Of a stretch of 64,000 bases of DNA, positions 62,865-64,000 are shown piece after piece. Each line of letters starts with the position of its first letter. Within the stretch, counting starts at the first letter, position 1. The position numbers were made by a program, and so were the translations under genes. The stretch spans positions 9,858,001 to 9,922,000 of the forward strand of contig NC_092673.1 of the NCBI RefSeq assembly GCF_964355755.1. Direction: 5' to 3'. Source of the DNA: Antedon mediterranea. Its lineage: Eukaryota > Animalia > Echinodermata. The notes beneath the pieces were generated by a model, which searched no databases, was not told where the DNA came from, and saw only the letters and a list, made by a program, of their open reading frames with translations.

Positions 62865-63770
62865 TTTAATTTTTTTTGCAAGATTTTTTTTAATTACGAC
62901 ATTTGCTAAATGATAGCATAGTCTACGTATTTTTGATGAGATTTGTTTAGTAATGATGTGATTTCAGTTAAAAGAGAATTGAAATTATGATTAAGTATTG
63001 ATTTTGTAACGAGTTTTTTGATAAAGATTAAATTTGAATTTTGATGATCGATATGTTGAGATATTGAAAAGAACGACAATCATTTTGTAACAAATATTTT
63101 GTTTAACCTTTGAGTCGTTAATCTCAAGCATTAATTAATTGATATACAATAACAGGAGATTTTCTTAGTACTTTTAATTGTAATTTTTTTTAAATTGAGT
63201 ACAAAAGTCGAATTTGTCGATTGATTGAAATCGTAATTACCTGTGAATATAAATGCTTAAATCGATAAAGTTGCGACGATAACGATATATTGTGGATAAG
63301 TTTGTGTCAACGGGACACACACATTTGTTTCTTTAAAGTTTTAAGTGATTAAGTTTGATATTTTGATTTTAGGCAAATCAGCCACAGTTTCTTGAGTTTT
63401 ATGTTTTGATTTGATGATTTATGTTTGAAGACCATTAGAACGCGATGAGTTGTCGCACGATTTGACGTATGTTCAATGTAACATACTATTTTTAAGTTTT
63501 GTATTTTTATTTTTAACTGATTTATGTTTGATTTACGCGAATTTTATACCAAATTCATTTTTAATTTCATTTTTTTAAGAGAGAGAAGAGAGAGAGTGAA
63601 AGTGATAAGGTTACACTTCAGAGTCAATGGTTTTGGCTAACTCAATTTTTGCTTATATATGTATAATAATGTTTTTTTTCTTTTATATAACTTTAATTTT
63701 GCATGCCACTATTATAACCATTTTTATATTTTAAATAGATTAGAAGAAAAAAAAAAGGGAAACAGAGGGA

Positions 63771-64000
63771 TGTAATATAACGATATACTTTTATATTTAA
63801 GAAATCGACCTTTGTATCGGAATTCAAATAAGTTCACAAACTTGACCCAGAAAGTCCAGAGGAGAGTTTGTCCAGATGTTTTAATGACCATTTAGTTTAT
63901 AATAGAATCCCTAAAGAAAACACTTAGCTTAATTTTGTGACTTTTCCCATCGTTAAACCAGGAGTGATTGACACTATTTAAGTACAGATTTGACAGTGTC
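63771..64000 (+). repeat. 3' LTR (partial)
   Basis: Matches 55831-56060 with no difference seen by eye. Confidence 0.95.

Larger units (their letters stand above)
55831..64000 (+). mobile_element. Near full-length divergent Gypsy LTR retrotransposon (3' LTR runs off the window)
   Basis: 664-bp 5' LTR TGTAATATAA...TTATATTACA (55831-56494); TGG-starting PBS; gag-PR-RT-RH-IN; PPT ~63742-63770; 3' LTR from 63771. Confidence 0.95.

Noticed and set aside
62865-63770. env gene in the Gypsy 3' region
   Set aside because: No ORF of 60 aa or more lies there in the track; the sequence is T-rich UTR.

Overview
AT-rich eukaryotic DNA, most plausibly from an invertebrate animal (inferred from the TE families, a spliceosomal intron and tRNA primer sites). 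I find no recognisable host gene. Most of the window is nested transposable elements. In order: a young non-autonomous Gmr1-like LTR element (34-3186) inside one copy of a tandemly duplicated MULE-like transposase segment; minisatellites, MITEs and a tRNA-like element (8-16 kb); a decayed Academ-like transposon (~17.1-37.4 kb) split by a stack of LINEs, a hAT MITE and an apparently intact spliced hAT transposon with a 6-bp TSD; a Rex1 fragment; a non-autonomous Helitron; a Mag-clade Gypsy with a CR1 LINE in its protease active site; MULE and Penelope remnants with hammerhead-like cores; and a near full-length divergent Gypsy (55831 to the window end) whose RT motif reads HHDD. All comparisons were made by eye. 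Family and clade names come from motif recognition and need HMM or Repbase/Dfam confirmation. I see no CRISPR or prokaryotic system.
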